Of a DNA stretch of 64,000 bases, positions 37,114 through 46,205 are shown in pieces; the stretch's first letter is position 1; the number at the start of each line of letters is the position of its first letter. The notes under the pieces are model-generated. The model saw nothing but the letters and a program-made list of their open reading frames with translations. It had not been told where the DNA came from and did not search any database. The DNA is taken from NCBI GenBank assembly GCA_934502885.1, contig CAKSUT010000002.1, positions 76,554 through 140,553 of the forward strand. The letters are read 5' to 3'. This stretch comes from an uncultured Eubacteriales bacterium (GTDB taxonomy: Bacteria; Bacillota; Clostridia; Oscillospirales; CAG-382). The translations under genes were made by a program, and so were the position numbers.

Positions 37114-39027
37114 TCAGTTTTCGTCGGTAAAGCCGCTTTCGGCAAGCGCCTTGTTTGCGAGATGTTCCTCGTAGGTTTCGGCAAACAGCGACGAACCGTC
37201 CGCTTTCGCGACGAAGTACTTATAATTCGTGGTTTCGGGATAGAGAGCCGCGATAATTGCGTTGAGTCCGGGGTTGCATATCGGTCCCGGGGGAAGTCCG
37301 CGGTGGATATACGTATTATACGGGTGGTCTATCCGTGTATCGGCGTCGAGTATTCTCGACTTGCGCTCTCCGTATGCCGTCTGATATGCATACTGAACGG
37401 TTGCGCAGGATTCGAGCTTATCGGGATTGCCCGTAGAAAGACGGTTGTGGAATACGGAGGATATTATGAGCTGTTCCGCTGGAAGCTTTGCCTCTTTTTC
37501 GATTATCGCCGCAAGGTTTACTATCTCATCGACGGTATATCCGAGCTTTGCGGCGCGGTCAAAGTAGGACGTATCGAACTTATTGTTGAAGTTCGAGAGC
37601 ATCTTATCGATTATCGAAACGGCGCTCTCATCGTTGTAGAACTCGTATGTGTCGGGGAACAGATATCCGTCGAGGCGGTAAGTGCGCTCCTTTGAGTAAC
37701 CGACCTCGGTGAGCTGCTTTACAAACTCGTAGTCGTAATCGTAGTTGTTTATTGCGTCGATGTACTCCTCTTTAGTAGCTTCAAGTCCGTTCTCGGCAAA
37801 GAGAGCAATTATTTCGTCGGTGGTGAAGCCCTCGGGAATGGTGATCTTTATTATACGTCTGTCCTTCTTTATCTCGGTTATCTCCGAAATAATCGCGTCG
37901 TAGGACATGGAATTGTCAAGGAAGTAGTCGCCGGGATTATAGACAAACTCCGTATCCTGCTTGAGATAATCGAGAAAACCGAAGCCGTAGGAGAGAACTT
38001 TATTCACAAGTGTTGTAAACGTACTCTCGCTTGCCTCGACCGTTACCGTCTTCTTTTCCTTATCCTCGGCGGACTTCTTCTTTTTGAAGTCCTTAAACTC
38101 CGAATAGTACTCAAAGGTGAGCTTTGAATTGATTATGCCGTCGTCCTTGAGAATCTCGGCGATCTCTGTTGCGGAAAGTCCTGCCGGTATCGAAACCTTC
38201 GCCTCTTTGAGGTCGCCCTTTTTGAGTGCGAATATGTCGTTTCCGGCGACGATTATCATGTACGACAAAGAAATCGAAACCACGAGCACGAAAGCCACGT
38301 AAAGAGCCATTTTGAACACGCCGAAAAATGCGCTGTCGGAAAATCTCGGCTTTTCATCGGCGTCGCTGCAAACGACAAGGTCGTCACCGGTATCCGCAGG
38401 CTCGGGAAACGCCGGCTCGTGATTTACGCCGACCTTCGGCTTCGACATAGGCACAACCGGTTTTGCCGTCTCCGGACGCGGAGGGCGTGTCGGCGGCGTC
38501 TGCGACTTTCCGACAGGCGGCACATCCGCTTTCGGAACACCGTTCTGCGGTGCGGTCTGACGTTCATTCTGAGGCTTCGGCACGGAACTGCCCGTAACCA
38601 GTCTCTTTCCGCTTTCCTCCGACTGCTTTATACTCTCGGCGATATCCGGCTGAATCTCGCCGCCGTTTATGAGCGGATGCGAAAAGCCGTTTTTAGGTGC
38701 TGACTGAGCAGCGCTCTTTATTTCTCCGCCGGTGATATTCACGTTAGGTTTTACGACCGGCTTCACGTTCGGCTTGATTATCACGGTGTCGTCGTTTGAC
38801 GCCGAAGAAGCCGAAGCTTTGTTTTTCGCTGACGCACTATTTCCCTCACTTCGCAAAGGGGCGGTTTTGCCGTTTATTATATCGTCGAACGATCTTGATC
38901 TCGGCGGCAGAAGCGAACCGCCGGAGTTATTTTCGGAGCTTTCGTGCGAGGCCTCCGATGAAAGAGCGTCCAGTATATCGTCAAGCTCTTCCTCGGAGCT
39001 TTTGTTTCTCTCGTCGTTCAATTTCAT
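37114..39027 (-). CDS. mltG: Endolytic murein transglycosylase MltG (YceG-like) with about 230-aa disordered N-terminal extension
   Basis: The C-terminal YceG domain (RIIKITIPEGFTTDEI...ASIIEKEA...VFHNRL...LESCATVQY) follows a TM at aa about 236-262. The N-terminal part is S/P/K/N-rich. Confidence 0.85.
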   Translation of the reverse strand: MKLNDERNKSSEEELDDILDALSSEASHESSENNSGGSLLPPRSRSFDDIINGKTAPLRSEGNSASAKNKASASSASNDDTVIIKPNVKPVVKPNVNITGGEIKSAAQSAPKNGFSHPLINGGEIQPDIAESIKQSEESGKRLVTGSSVPKPQNERQTAPQNGVPKADVPPVGKSQTPPTRPPRPETAKPVVPMSKPKVGVNHEPAFPEPADTGDDLVVCSDADEKPRFSDSAFFGVFKMALYVAFVLVVSISLSYMIIVAGNDIFALKKGDLKEAKVSIPAGLSATEIAEILKDDGIINSKLTFEYYSEFKDFKKKKSAEDKEKKTVTVEASESTFTTLVNKVLSYGFGFLDYLKQDTEFVYNPGDYFLDNSMSYDAIISEITEIKKDRRIIKITIPEGFTTDEIIALFAENGLEATKEEYIDAINNYDYDYEFVKQLTEVGYSKERTYRLDGYLFPDTYEFYNDESAVSIIDKMLSNFNNKFDTSYFDRAAKLGYTVDEIVNLAAIIEKEAKLPAEQLIISSVFHNRLSTGNPDKLESCATVQYAYQTAYGERKSRILDADTRIDHPYNTYIHRGLPPGPICNPGLNAIIAALYPETTNYKYFVAKADGSSLFAETYEEHLANKALAESGFTDEN

Positions 39028-39066
39028 TCTCCTTTCGCTTTTCTCGTTTCATGCGCAGACACGCCG

Positions 39067-40104
39067 TCATTCCGCCGCGATTTTCAGCACGAATGCCACT
39101 GCGACGCAGACAAACGCCGGGTTTAAAACTATCTGCGCAAACGCCTTTCCGAGACTGCGCCCGTCAGGCATGAGTCTTATCCGCGTGCTTACGAGAGTGG
39201 GAGTTTTCTCACTCTTTTTCTCACGCTCGGCATACTCCGTTTCGAGTCTGTGAAACCAAATCATAAGCGATACAAGGCACAGCACAAGAAGCACCGCAAG
39301 TGCGAGTCTGCCGCCGGAGGTATCGCCGGATATCTTCACGATAAGATTATCCGTATATATACCGAAAAGGTTATTGCAAAAGTGCATTATCATTCCGGCA
39401 AAGACGGAATCGGCGGCGCACACGGTTATTCCGATTATAAGTCCCGCCGCAAAATAAGCGACAAAGTCTCTTGCGTTAAAATGTATCATTGCGAAAACGA
39501 GCGACGTCACCGCAACAGCAGCAAGCTTGCCGCATTTCTTCTCGTATTCGGACATCGCGACGCCTCTGAAGCAAAGCTCCTCCGTTACGCACGGAACAAC
39601 CGCGTAAGAAAGGAGCATATATGCGAAGTCGCCCGAGGACGACGCCGCAACCGCACTTCCGAGACGTTCGCCGAAAACGTAGCACTGTACGTATTTGAGA
39701 GCCGCCGCCGTGAAAAGCACGGCAGGCACTCCGGCAGCCGTGAGAAGAATGCCGCTTCCGTTCATCGGTTTTACACGGCAGTCTTTCCCTATGTTTATCC
39801 TTTTAAGCGTGCAGTAGAAAGCACACGGCAGTACGAATATGCAAAGCTGAATGACAACCGTCGCAAGATACGGATTTCCGCTGTTGAGGTAATTTGCGGC
39901 GGTGAGGTTTTCCGATATCAGAAGAAGACAGAACACCGCAAACAGAAGAACCGTCGGAGCGGTCACGTCGCGGTCGAACGAAAACGCGAGTTGGCTTTTC
40001 GCTGTATTCGCGGCGCCTTCTGTTTTCGCATTTCCAACAGCTGTTTTCGATGTTGTGTCCGTCTGTGTTTTTTCCTTGTTTTTCAGATCCTTATCTGGAA
40101 GCAT
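39067..40104 (-). CDS. CPBP-family intramembrane glutamic endopeptidase (CAAX protease-like)
   Basis: Polytopic membrane protein with EExxFRG (VTEELCFRGV) and FAMIHF motifs. It overlaps the upstream gene by 14 nt. Confidence 0.7.
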   Translation of the reverse strand: MLPDKDLKNKEKTQTDTTSKTAVGNAKTEGAANTAKSQLAFSFDRDVTAPTVLLFAVFCLLLISENLTAANYLNSGNPYLATVVIQLCIFVLPCAFYCTLKRINIGKDCRVKPMNGSGILLTAAGVPAVLFTAAALKYVQCYVFGERLGSAVAASSSGDFAYMLLSYAVVPCVTEELCFRGVAMSEYEKKCGKLAAVAVTSLVFAMIHFNARDFVAYFAAGLIIGITVCAADSVFAGMIMHFCNNLFGIYTDNLIVKISGDTSGGRLALAVLLVLCLVSLMIWFHRLETEYAEREKKSEKTPTLVSTRIRLMPDGRSLGKAFAQIVLNPAFVCVAVAFVLKIAAE

Positions 40105-40672
40105 TTACGGCACTCACTCCCCGTTCGCTTATAAGAATATCGACGTGTTTGTCGAAACGTCCTCTCGGTACTCTGGGAATAATCATATTGCTGTAAACAA
40201 GTCCGACCTTTACGCCGGGGAAGCTGCTCAGGAATCTGTCGTAGAAGCCCTTGCCGTAGCCTATTCTGTAGCCCTCTTTATCAAAAACTATAGCCGGAAC
40301 CACGCATATCGAAAGGCTCGACGGCACGTATTCCTCGAGTCCCTTTTTGGGTTCGAGTATTCCGAACGCGCCCTCCTCAAGGTCGTCGCGCGAATTTACG
40401 TAATAATACTTCATCGTATTGTCCTCAAAGCAAAGCGGAAATGCCGCTTTTTTGCCCGCTTTGATTGCGGCGTCGAAGATATTCCACGTATCTATTTCGC
40501 TTCCCATGGAAGCGTAGAGAAGTATCTCGTTTGAATGTCTGTAGGTTATCGAAGCGGTGAGTCTGTCGAATATTTTCTTGTCAAATTCATCTCTCTTAGC
40601 CTTATCCATCTCATTTCTTATCGCCGAATACTTTTCTCTCATTTCTCTTTTTACTACTCTGATCTCTGCCAT
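40091..40672 (-). CDS. 5-formyltetrahydrofolate cyclo-ligase
   Basis: ORF 40091..40699 trimmed to MAEIRVVKREMR (ATG after GAGGAG). Blocks: ILLYASMGSEIDT, FGILEP, VVPAIVFDKEGYRIGYGKGFYDRFL. Confidence 0.8.
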   Translation of the reverse strand: MAEIRVVKREMREKYSAIRNEMDKAKRDEFDKKIFDRLTASITYRHSNEILLYASMGSEIDTWNIFDAAIKAGKKAAFPLCFEDNTMKYYYVNSRDDLEEGAFGILEPKKGLEEYVPSSLSICVVPAIVFDKEGYRIGYGKGFYDRFLSSFPGVKVGLVYSNMIIPRVPRGRFDKHVDILISERGVSAVNASR

Positions 40673-40776
40673 AAATGTCAACTCCTCAAAGCTCCGCATT
40701 AAAATCCTGCCCGTTTCTGCGGTAAATACCGGGAGGTATTATTGAAAGCAAAACCGACCTTTGCGAAAAAGCGCAC

Positions 40777-41316
40777 TCAGCGCGCGTAAATCGAAGCTCT
40801 CACCTTTTCGGCGGCGTTCTTTCCGGAAAGGGCTTCTATAAGCGCGAAAGAAAACTCCTCCGAGGCGCCTGCGGCAATCGAAGTAATGAACTTTCCGTCA
40901 ATGGCTACTCTGTCGCTGCACGCAAGACATCCGTCAAGCTCGTCCGACATCGACGGATAGCAAACAGCACGCCTGCCCTCCAAAAGTCCCATCTGTGCGA
41001 GTATCGTCGGTGCGGCGCAGATTGCTGCAATATATACGTCGTTTTCGGCGCATCGGCGTATCATTTCAACCGCACTTTTACTGCTCTTTATGCCGTCAAC
41101 TCCGCCGAGTCCGCCGGGGAGAATAATCATCTCGAGGTCGTTGTCCGTCATTTCGTCCTCGGTGATATCCGCCGTCACTTCTATTCCGTGAGCGCCCTTT
41201 ATTCTCTCACCGCCGATACCCACCGATATTATATCAATACCGGCACGGCGAAGATAGTCGATTTGAGTAAGCGCTTCTATTTCTTCAAAGCCGTCTGCAA
41301 GAAATATATATACCAT
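40777..41316 (-). CDS. DJ-1/PfpI-family protein
   Basis: FLADGFEEIEAL, ILPGG, and the nucleophile elbow AAICAAP are present. Confidence 0.8.
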   Translation of the reverse strand: MVYIFLADGFEEIEALTQIDYLRRAGIDIISVGIGGERIKGAHGIEVTADITEDEMTDNDLEMIILPGGLGGVDGIKSSKSAVEMIRRCAENDVYIAAICAAPTILAQMGLLEGRRAVCYPSMSDELDGCLACSDRVAIDGKFITSIAAGASEEFSFALIEALSGKNAAEKVRASIYAR

Positions 41317-41335
41317 TTTCTTCTCCTCTTTTCGT

Positions 41336-42037
41336 TCAGTTGCCGTTTTTCCCGAAAAATCCGCTCTCTTTGAGTTTTTCGAGCACGGTTCTTTCCACTT
41401 CGCTCTGTATTCTGTCTATTGTATAAGGTATACTTCCCTCTCCGCATTTTATTCGCGTCCAGCCCCATTTGCGAATGACATATTCCGCCGCCGCTTTCGC
41501 TTTGTGCAGGTGGTCGCCGCTTGCCTCGTGTATGTCCTTGCTCACTCCCGTTTCGGCGCTTCTCGCTTCGAGAAGACTCCGTGCGGCGGCTTCGGGCATA
41601 TCGAGGTAAATCACGAGATCCGGCTTCGGTATTCCGAGCTTCACAAACTCAAAGTCGCAAAGCCACTCGAGAAACTTGTCTTTTTCGCCGTCGCCGTCTA
41701 TCTTCGCAAGCTGATGAATTGCGTTCGAGGTTGTGTACCTATTAAGTATTATTACACGCTTTTCGTCATTATAAGCCTTCTGCCAATTTTTTTTGAAGCT
41801 TGCGTATCTGTCGGCGGCAAAAAACATTGACGCGGCGTAAGCGTTGGTATCCTCCGGCTTTTTTCCGAACTCGCCGCCGAGATACATCTTCACAAGCGTA
41901 CTCGAAGGGCTGTCGTAGTCAGGAAAAGAAAGCTCAGTCACCTCAATCCCCATTTTTCGGAGATTCTCGGCAAGTCTGTCCGACTGCGTTTTTTTGCCCG
42001 AGGCGTCAGTACCCTCTATGGCAACAAGAAAGCTCAT
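41336..42037 (-). CDS. tmk: Thymidylate kinase-like nucleotide kinase
   Basis: P-loop IEGTDASGKKTQ, a DRY-type block AADRYAS, and a lid region. It is adjacent to thyX. Confidence 0.65.
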   Translation of the reverse strand: MSFLVAIEGTDASGKKTQSDRLAENLRKMGIEVTELSFPDYDSPSSTLVKMYLGGEFGKKPEDTNAYAASMFFAADRYASFKKNWQKAYNDEKRVIILNRYTTSNAIHQLAKIDGDGEKDKFLEWLCDFEFVKLGIPKPDLVIYLDMPEAAARSLLEARSAETGVSKDIHEASGDHLHKAKAAAEYVIRKWGWTRIKCGEGSIPYTIDRIQSEVERTVLEKLKESGFFGKNGN

Positions 42038-42092
42038 TTCTTCACCTCATATACTCCGCGAAAGCTCACGCCGTATGCGGATAAAATCTCGT

Positions 42093-42878
42093 TCACGTTC
42101 CCGAATATCGGTTTCCGCCGTTATCGAAACCGAGCTTCGCTCTCACCTCTGCCTGTTTTCCGCAGGAGTAAGCTCCCTCGGCGCACTTTCCTCTGAGGCA
42201 CGACGGTCCGGCGTTCTTAAAGAGAAGCGGCGATACCTCACGGACCTGACGGAGCATTTCGCAGGCAAGGTCTCTTATCTCCCACTGCGCTCTGTTGCAG
42301 CAGCGGAGTGAGAAGAAGTTATAGAGCGAGCGTATATTCATTGTCATGACAATTCTCGTGTCGCAGGCGTTTGAAAGCACGTATCTTGCGTCCTCGTTAG
42401 ACTTTTTCCCTGCGGCATACGCGGCGTCCTTTTCACTCATCCCGGCGGCGAGATTATCCTCGGTGTGCTTTTTCTTAAGTATTTCGGAGAGCTTGTTGTA
42501 GGTAGCACGGTCGTTCTCCATCGCCTTCACGAAAAGCTCCTTCGCCTCGGGTATCGCCTCGATTTCCGGGGGGATTATATAGTCAAATTCGCCCTTGTTT
42601 ACGTATCTCTGACTCTGCACGCTGTAGGAGGCAATGCGGTGTCTTGTAATCTGCGCAAGAAGCGACCGCGAAACACCCTCTATGGCAAAAGTAAAGCTCA
42701 CGTGTTCAAACGGGCTTTCGTGACCGAGACCCATGAGCATGGTGACAAAGCTCTCGGCTTTGTCGGGAGTCATCTTTTCGCATATTTCGTCCACGCCGAC
42801 CGGAGAATAACAGAGCTTTGCCGCCGCCGCTATCGTTCTCTCGGGGTCGGGAGTATGAGTAAGTATTTTTACGTTCAC
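42093..42878 (-). CDS. thyX: FAD-dependent thymidylate synthase ThyX
   Basis: The ThyX signature [14 protein letters not shown] (RHRxxSxxxxSxR) is present. The C-terminal tail has [13 protein letters not shown]. Confidence 0.9.
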   Translation of the reverse strand: MNVKILTHTPDPERTIAAAAKLCYSPVGVDEICEKMTPDKAESFVTMLMGLGHESPFEHVSFTFAIEGVSRSLLAQITRHRIASYSVQSQRYVNKGEFDYIIPPEIEAIPEAKELFVKAMENDRATYNKLSEILKKKHTEDNLAAGMSEKDAAYAAGKKSNEDARYVLSNACDTRIVMTMNIRSLYNFFSLRCCNRAQWEIRDLACEMLRQVREVSPLLFKNAGPSCLRGKCAEGAYSCGKQAEVRAKLGFDNGGNRYSGT

Positions 42879-42890
42879 GTTATTTTCTCC

Positions 42891-43661
42891 TTATTTTTCC
42901 GCGCTTGTATTCGGCACTTTGTTTCCGTGTACGGCAACGCCTACGATAAACTTCGGGAGCTTCATCATTCTGCCTATTCTCGTCGGCATCTTGATAAGTC
43001 TGTGAAGCCACTCAAGGTTATGCTCGATGAAAAACTTCGGCGCTCTCTTCACCGTGCCGGAGAACACATCGAGGCTTCCGCCGAGTCCCATTGCAAGCTT
43101 CACGTCAAGCTTATCTCTGTTGTCGTAAATCCACTTCTCCTGCTTCGGCGCGCCGAGGCACACAAAGAGAACCTTTGCTCCGGATTTATTGATGTCGTCG
43201 ATAATGCCGGGAACGTCGGCTTCCTTGAAGTAACCGTCGCGTGTGCCGGAAATGACAAGTCCGGGGTGCTTCTCGCAGAGCTTCTTTGCGGCAAGGTTCG
43301 CGATACTGTCGCGTTCGTCGTTCTTCGGAGACGCACCGAAAAGGTAAAGTCCCTCGCCCGTTTTCGATATATGCTCGACGACCTTCTCGGCAAGCTCGCA
43401 TCCAGGGACCTTCTCTTTGAGCGGAGTGTGCAGAAGCTTTGCGGCGTAAACCACGCCTATTCCGTCGGGAATAATGAGTTCTGCGGAGTTTATGACCTTG
43501 TAGCTGTCCGGATTTTCAACGCAGTTCTGTACGATCTCGGAGTTCGGAGTGTAAATTGCCGAACAGCCGTCGCCGCCGATAAGTCCGACAGCCTTTGCGA
43601 GAGCCTCCTCCATGGTAACATTGTCAAAGTACACACCTCTTACATTTATCCTATCGCTCAT
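42891..43661 (-). CDS. tagA: WecB/TagA/CpsF-family glycosyltransferase (N-acetylmannosaminyltransferase-like)
   Basis: Blocks: VRGVYFDNVTMEEAL, IPDGIGVV, LFGASP, LGAPKQEKW. Confidence 0.8.
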   Translation of the reverse strand: MSDRINVRGVYFDNVTMEEALAKAVGLIGGDGCSAIYTPNSEIVQNCVENPDSYKVINSAELIIPDGIGVVYAAKLLHTPLKEKVPGCELAEKVVEHISKTGEGLYLFGASPKNDERDSIANLAAKKLCEKHPGLVISGTRDGYFKEADVPGIIDDINKSGAKVLFVCLGAPKQEKWIYDNRDKLDVKLAMGLGGSLDVFSGTVKRAPKFFIEHNLEWLHRLIKMPTRIGRMMKLPKFIVGVAVHGNKVPNTSAEK

Positions 43662-43769
43662 ACATTTTACCGTCTTTCATAAGTAGTAAACAAGGGAACT
43701 TATTACGACACTATCCCACATTATTATTGCATTATACCACTGTAAAGGAGTCATTTCAATTATAAAACA

Positions 43770-43784
43770 TTTACATTATGTAAA
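43770..43784. promoter_or_regulatory. 6-3-6 palindrome TTTACAttaTGTAAA in the tagA/GH51 divergent region (possible operator)
   Basis: Perfect inverted repeat about 90 nt upstream of the GH51 -10 box. It loosely resembles GntR/AraR-type TGT-N-ACA boxes. No cognate regulator is adjacent. Confidence 0.25.
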
Positions 43785-43872
43785 ATTTCTCTCGGTGATA
43801 CTTTTCGTTCTGTTCTTCGGACGAATTTACAATTCCGTGTACAAAAATCACTATTCTTAGGCTTATGTATTC

Positions 43873-43881
43873 TGATATAAT
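43873..43881 (+). promoter_or_regulatory. Extended -10 promoter element for the GH51 gene
   Basis: TGaTATAAT, 39 nt before the ATG. The -35 is weak (ATTCTT). Confidence 0.45.
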
Positions 43882-43919
43882 GTACCCGAAGAAACAAATT
43901 TGTCAAGGAGGCTTGCGTC

Positions 43920-45383
43920 ATGAATGCGCCGAAGAAAATATACATCATGTATCCCGAGAAAATCGGCACTGTTTCTCCCGAAATATACGGTCACTTCACC
44001 GAGCATATAGGCGGTGTGATATACGACGGAATATGGGTCGGCAAGGACTCGGGCATTCCCAACATAAAAGGCTTCAGAAAAGATCTCGTCGAAAAGCTCC
44101 GCGCGATAAAGGCTCCCGTCATACGCTGGCCGGGCGGCTGTTTCGCCGAGACCTACGACTGGCGCGACGGCATAGGAAAGAACCGTCCGACGCGCATTAA
44201 CTGGTGGCAGAGTGCAGACGGCAAAACCGAACCGAACGAGGTCGGCACGCACGAATTTATGGATTTCTGCGAAGAGGTCGGCGCAAAAGCGTACTTTGCG
44301 GCTAACCTTACGTCGGTAACTCCCCTTCACATAAGAAACTGGATGGACTATTGTCTGTCGCCGAAAGGCACAACGGCTCTCGCAAAGGAGCGTGAGGTGA
44401 ACGGTCATCCCGAACCTTTCGACATACCTTTTTGGGGAGTCGGCAACGAAAACTGGGGCGGCGGCGGAAGTATGCTTCCCGAATATTACGCAAATGAATT
44501 CAGACGTTTTTCAACCGTGATGAAGAATGCATTTCCCAAAGCTGAGCTTTTCATGTGCGGCGAAAACGCAGAGGACTACGGCTGGACTGACACGGTCATA
44601 AGGGGAACGTGCGGAGTTGCGACGTCGGTAGACGGCTTTGCCATGCACTACTACTGCGGTTCGACTCCGGGTGAGGTAACCGGCTTCGGAAAAGAAGACT
44701 GGGACAAACAGCTCTCTCAGGCTGCCAAGATGGGTGCTATCATAGAGCGCAACCGCCACATAATAGCCGGTCACGGCATGGAGGGTCATGCGAAGCTCGT
44801 CGTTGACGAATGGGGCTGCTGGCACAGAGGCGGAACGGGACCGTCCAAGGGCGAGTTTCTCTTTGAACAGCAGAACACTCTCCGTGACGCCGCCGTTGCG
44901 GCACTGACGCTCAACATATTCAACAACAACTGCGACATTGTGCGCATGGCAAACATTGCACAGCTTGTCAACTGTCTGCAATCGCTCTTTCTTTCCTGCG
45001 GCGAGAACTGCATTGTCACGCCGACCTATCACGTTTTCGATATGTACAAGGAACACATGGGAGCGGAAGCCGTCCGCACTGTCATTGAGGGCAACGAAGA
45101 GCTTTCGTCGTCGGTGTCGGTCTCGGCGTCGGTAAAGGACGGAAAGACTCTCCTCACACTCTGCAATCTCTCGTACACGGACGACGCCGAAATCACACTC
45201 TGCGGAGTAGGCGGCTTCCCCGTTTTGCCGTCAAGTGTCAAAGCGGAGCTTCTCTTTGACGACGACCTCACGGTGCACAACACGTTTGAAAGCCCGAACA
45301 GGGTTAAAGTGACAAAGCGTGTAATCGACCTGTCAAAGCCTTTCACCGTACCTAAAGGCGGCGTTCTCTCCGTAAGATTTTAA
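43920..45383 (+). CDS. abfA: Alpha-L-arabinofuranosidase (GH51), no signal peptide
   Basis: Blocks: IYGHFTEHIGGVIYDGIWVG, IRWPGGCFAETYDWRDGIG, and WGVGNENWG (acid/base Glu block). Confidence 0.85.
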   Translation: MNAPKKIYIMYPEKIGTVSPEIYGHFTEHIGGVIYDGIWVGKDSGIPNIKGFRKDLVEKLRAIKAPVIRWPGGCFAETYDWRDGIGKNRPTRINWWQSADGKTEPNEVGTHEFMDFCEEVGAKAYFAANLTSVTPLHIRNWMDYCLSPKGTTALAKEREVNGHPEPFDIPFWGVGNENWGGGGSMLPEYYANEFRRFSTVMKNAFPKAELFMCGENAEDYGWTDTVIRGTCGVATSVDGFAMHYYCGSTPGEVTGFGKEDWDKQLSQAAKMGAIIERNRHIIAGHGMEGHAKLVVDEWGCWHRGGTGPSKGEFLFEQQNTLRDAAVAALTLNIFNNNCDIVRMANIAQLVNCLQSLFLSCGENCIVTPTYHVFDMYKEHMGAEAVRTVIEGNEELSSSVSVSASVKDGKTLLTLCNLSYTDDAEITLCGVGGFPVLPSSVKAELLFDDDLTVHNTFESPNRVKVTKRVIDLSKPFTVPKGGVLSVRF

Positions 45384-45398
45384 CGAATACGGCAAAGT

Positions 45399-45437
45399 GC
45401 CGCACTGCATCGTTCCGACGCAGTGCGGCGCTTTTTG
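45399..45437 (+). terminator. Rho-independent terminator after the GH51 gene
   Basis: GCCGCACUGC-11 nt loop-GCAGUGCGGC, followed by GCUUUUUGG. Confidence 0.8.
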
Positions 45438-45440
45438 GCA

Positions 45441-46094
45441 TTATTTTCTGTTCTTGCGTTTTTCGTAGTCCTCGTCGATACGCTTGCTCCATTCGGCAGT
45501 CATCGGCATACTGTTTCTCACGCCGCACACAGCACTCGCAACGGCTTCAAAAACTGCCTCCGTTCCTTTTCTGTCAGCGCAGTAGTTTGCGGCGCGGTCG
45601 GCGTTAATACCGAAGCGTTTGGCGGTTTCGACAGAGTCGATATTCGCACCTATAAACAGGAACTCCCAGCCGAATTTTTCCTTCTTCTCCTTTATCATTT
45701 TCTTCACGGCGTCGCTTGTATAAATGCGGCTCGCGTTTTCCATTCCGTCAGTTGTAATGACAAACAGCGTATGCTCCGGTATATCCTCTTCTCTTGCGTA
45801 TTTATGCACATTGCTTATGTGCTTCACGGCACAGCCTATTGCGTCGATAAGAGCGGTCGAACCTCTCACAACGTAGTCCCTCTCCGTCATTGGTTCTACC
45901 TTACGTACATCGACGCGGTCGTGAAGGACAAGGCTTTCGTGGTCAAAAAGCACGGTTGAAACGAACGCTTCGCCCTTTTCACTTTTCTGCTTCTCGATCA
46001 TTGAGTTAAAGCCTCCTATGGTATCTCTTTCGAGTCCCGACATAGAGCCGCTTCGGTCAAGTATGAATACGATTTCGGTGAGTCCTTTTTTCAT
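45441..46094 (-). CDS. Cytosolic von Willebrand factor A (VWA) domain protein
   Basis: MIDAS motif DRSGSMS in IVFILDRSGSMSG, a later TALIDAIG block, and TDGMEN. There is no signal peptide or TM. Confidence 0.75.
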   Translation of the reverse strand: MKKGLTEIVFILDRSGSMSGLERDTIGGFNSMIEKQKSEKGEAFVSTVLFDHESLVLHDRVDVRKVEPMTERDYVVRGSTALIDAIGCAVKHISNVHKYAREEDIPEHTLFVITTDGMENASRIYTSDAVKKMIKEKKEKFGWEFLFIGANIDSVETAKRFGINADRAANYCADRKGTEAVFEAVASAVCGVRNSMPMTAEWSKRIDEDYEKRKNRK

Positions 46095-46111
46095 GATATG
46101 TACCTCCGTTA

Positions 46112-46154
46112 TAATAAAAAATTGAGCTGTTCGGTGTCTTTCACCTTACAGCTC
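46112..46154 (-). terminator. Terminator-like hairpin between the PARG-like and VWA genes
   Basis: Minus strand: GAGCUGU-AA-GGUG-AAAGA-CACC-GA-ACAGCUC followed by AAUUUUUUAUUAUAA. It ends 17 nt before the VWA ATG, whose RBS GGAGG sits in between. Confidence 0.5.
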
Positions 46155-46205
46155 ATATTATACCGTTTTATTTGCGGGGTTTGGTCGCCTGATGTGCGAC
46201 AAATT

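Noticed and set aside
38419-39253. Arg/Ser-rich plus-strand ORFs overlapping the 5' part of mltG.
   Set aside because: They are antisense to the low-complexity N-terminal region of MltG. Their composition is a mirror artefact of that region.
46112-46170. A TATAAT box followed by a hairpin, a U-tract and the VWA RBS, considered as a riboswitch or attenuator leader.
   Set aside because: The would-be leader is only about 60 nt and consists of a single hairpin. No alternative antiterminator pairing or convincing -35 element was found. It is more simply the terminator of the PARG-like gene, with read-through into the VWA gene.
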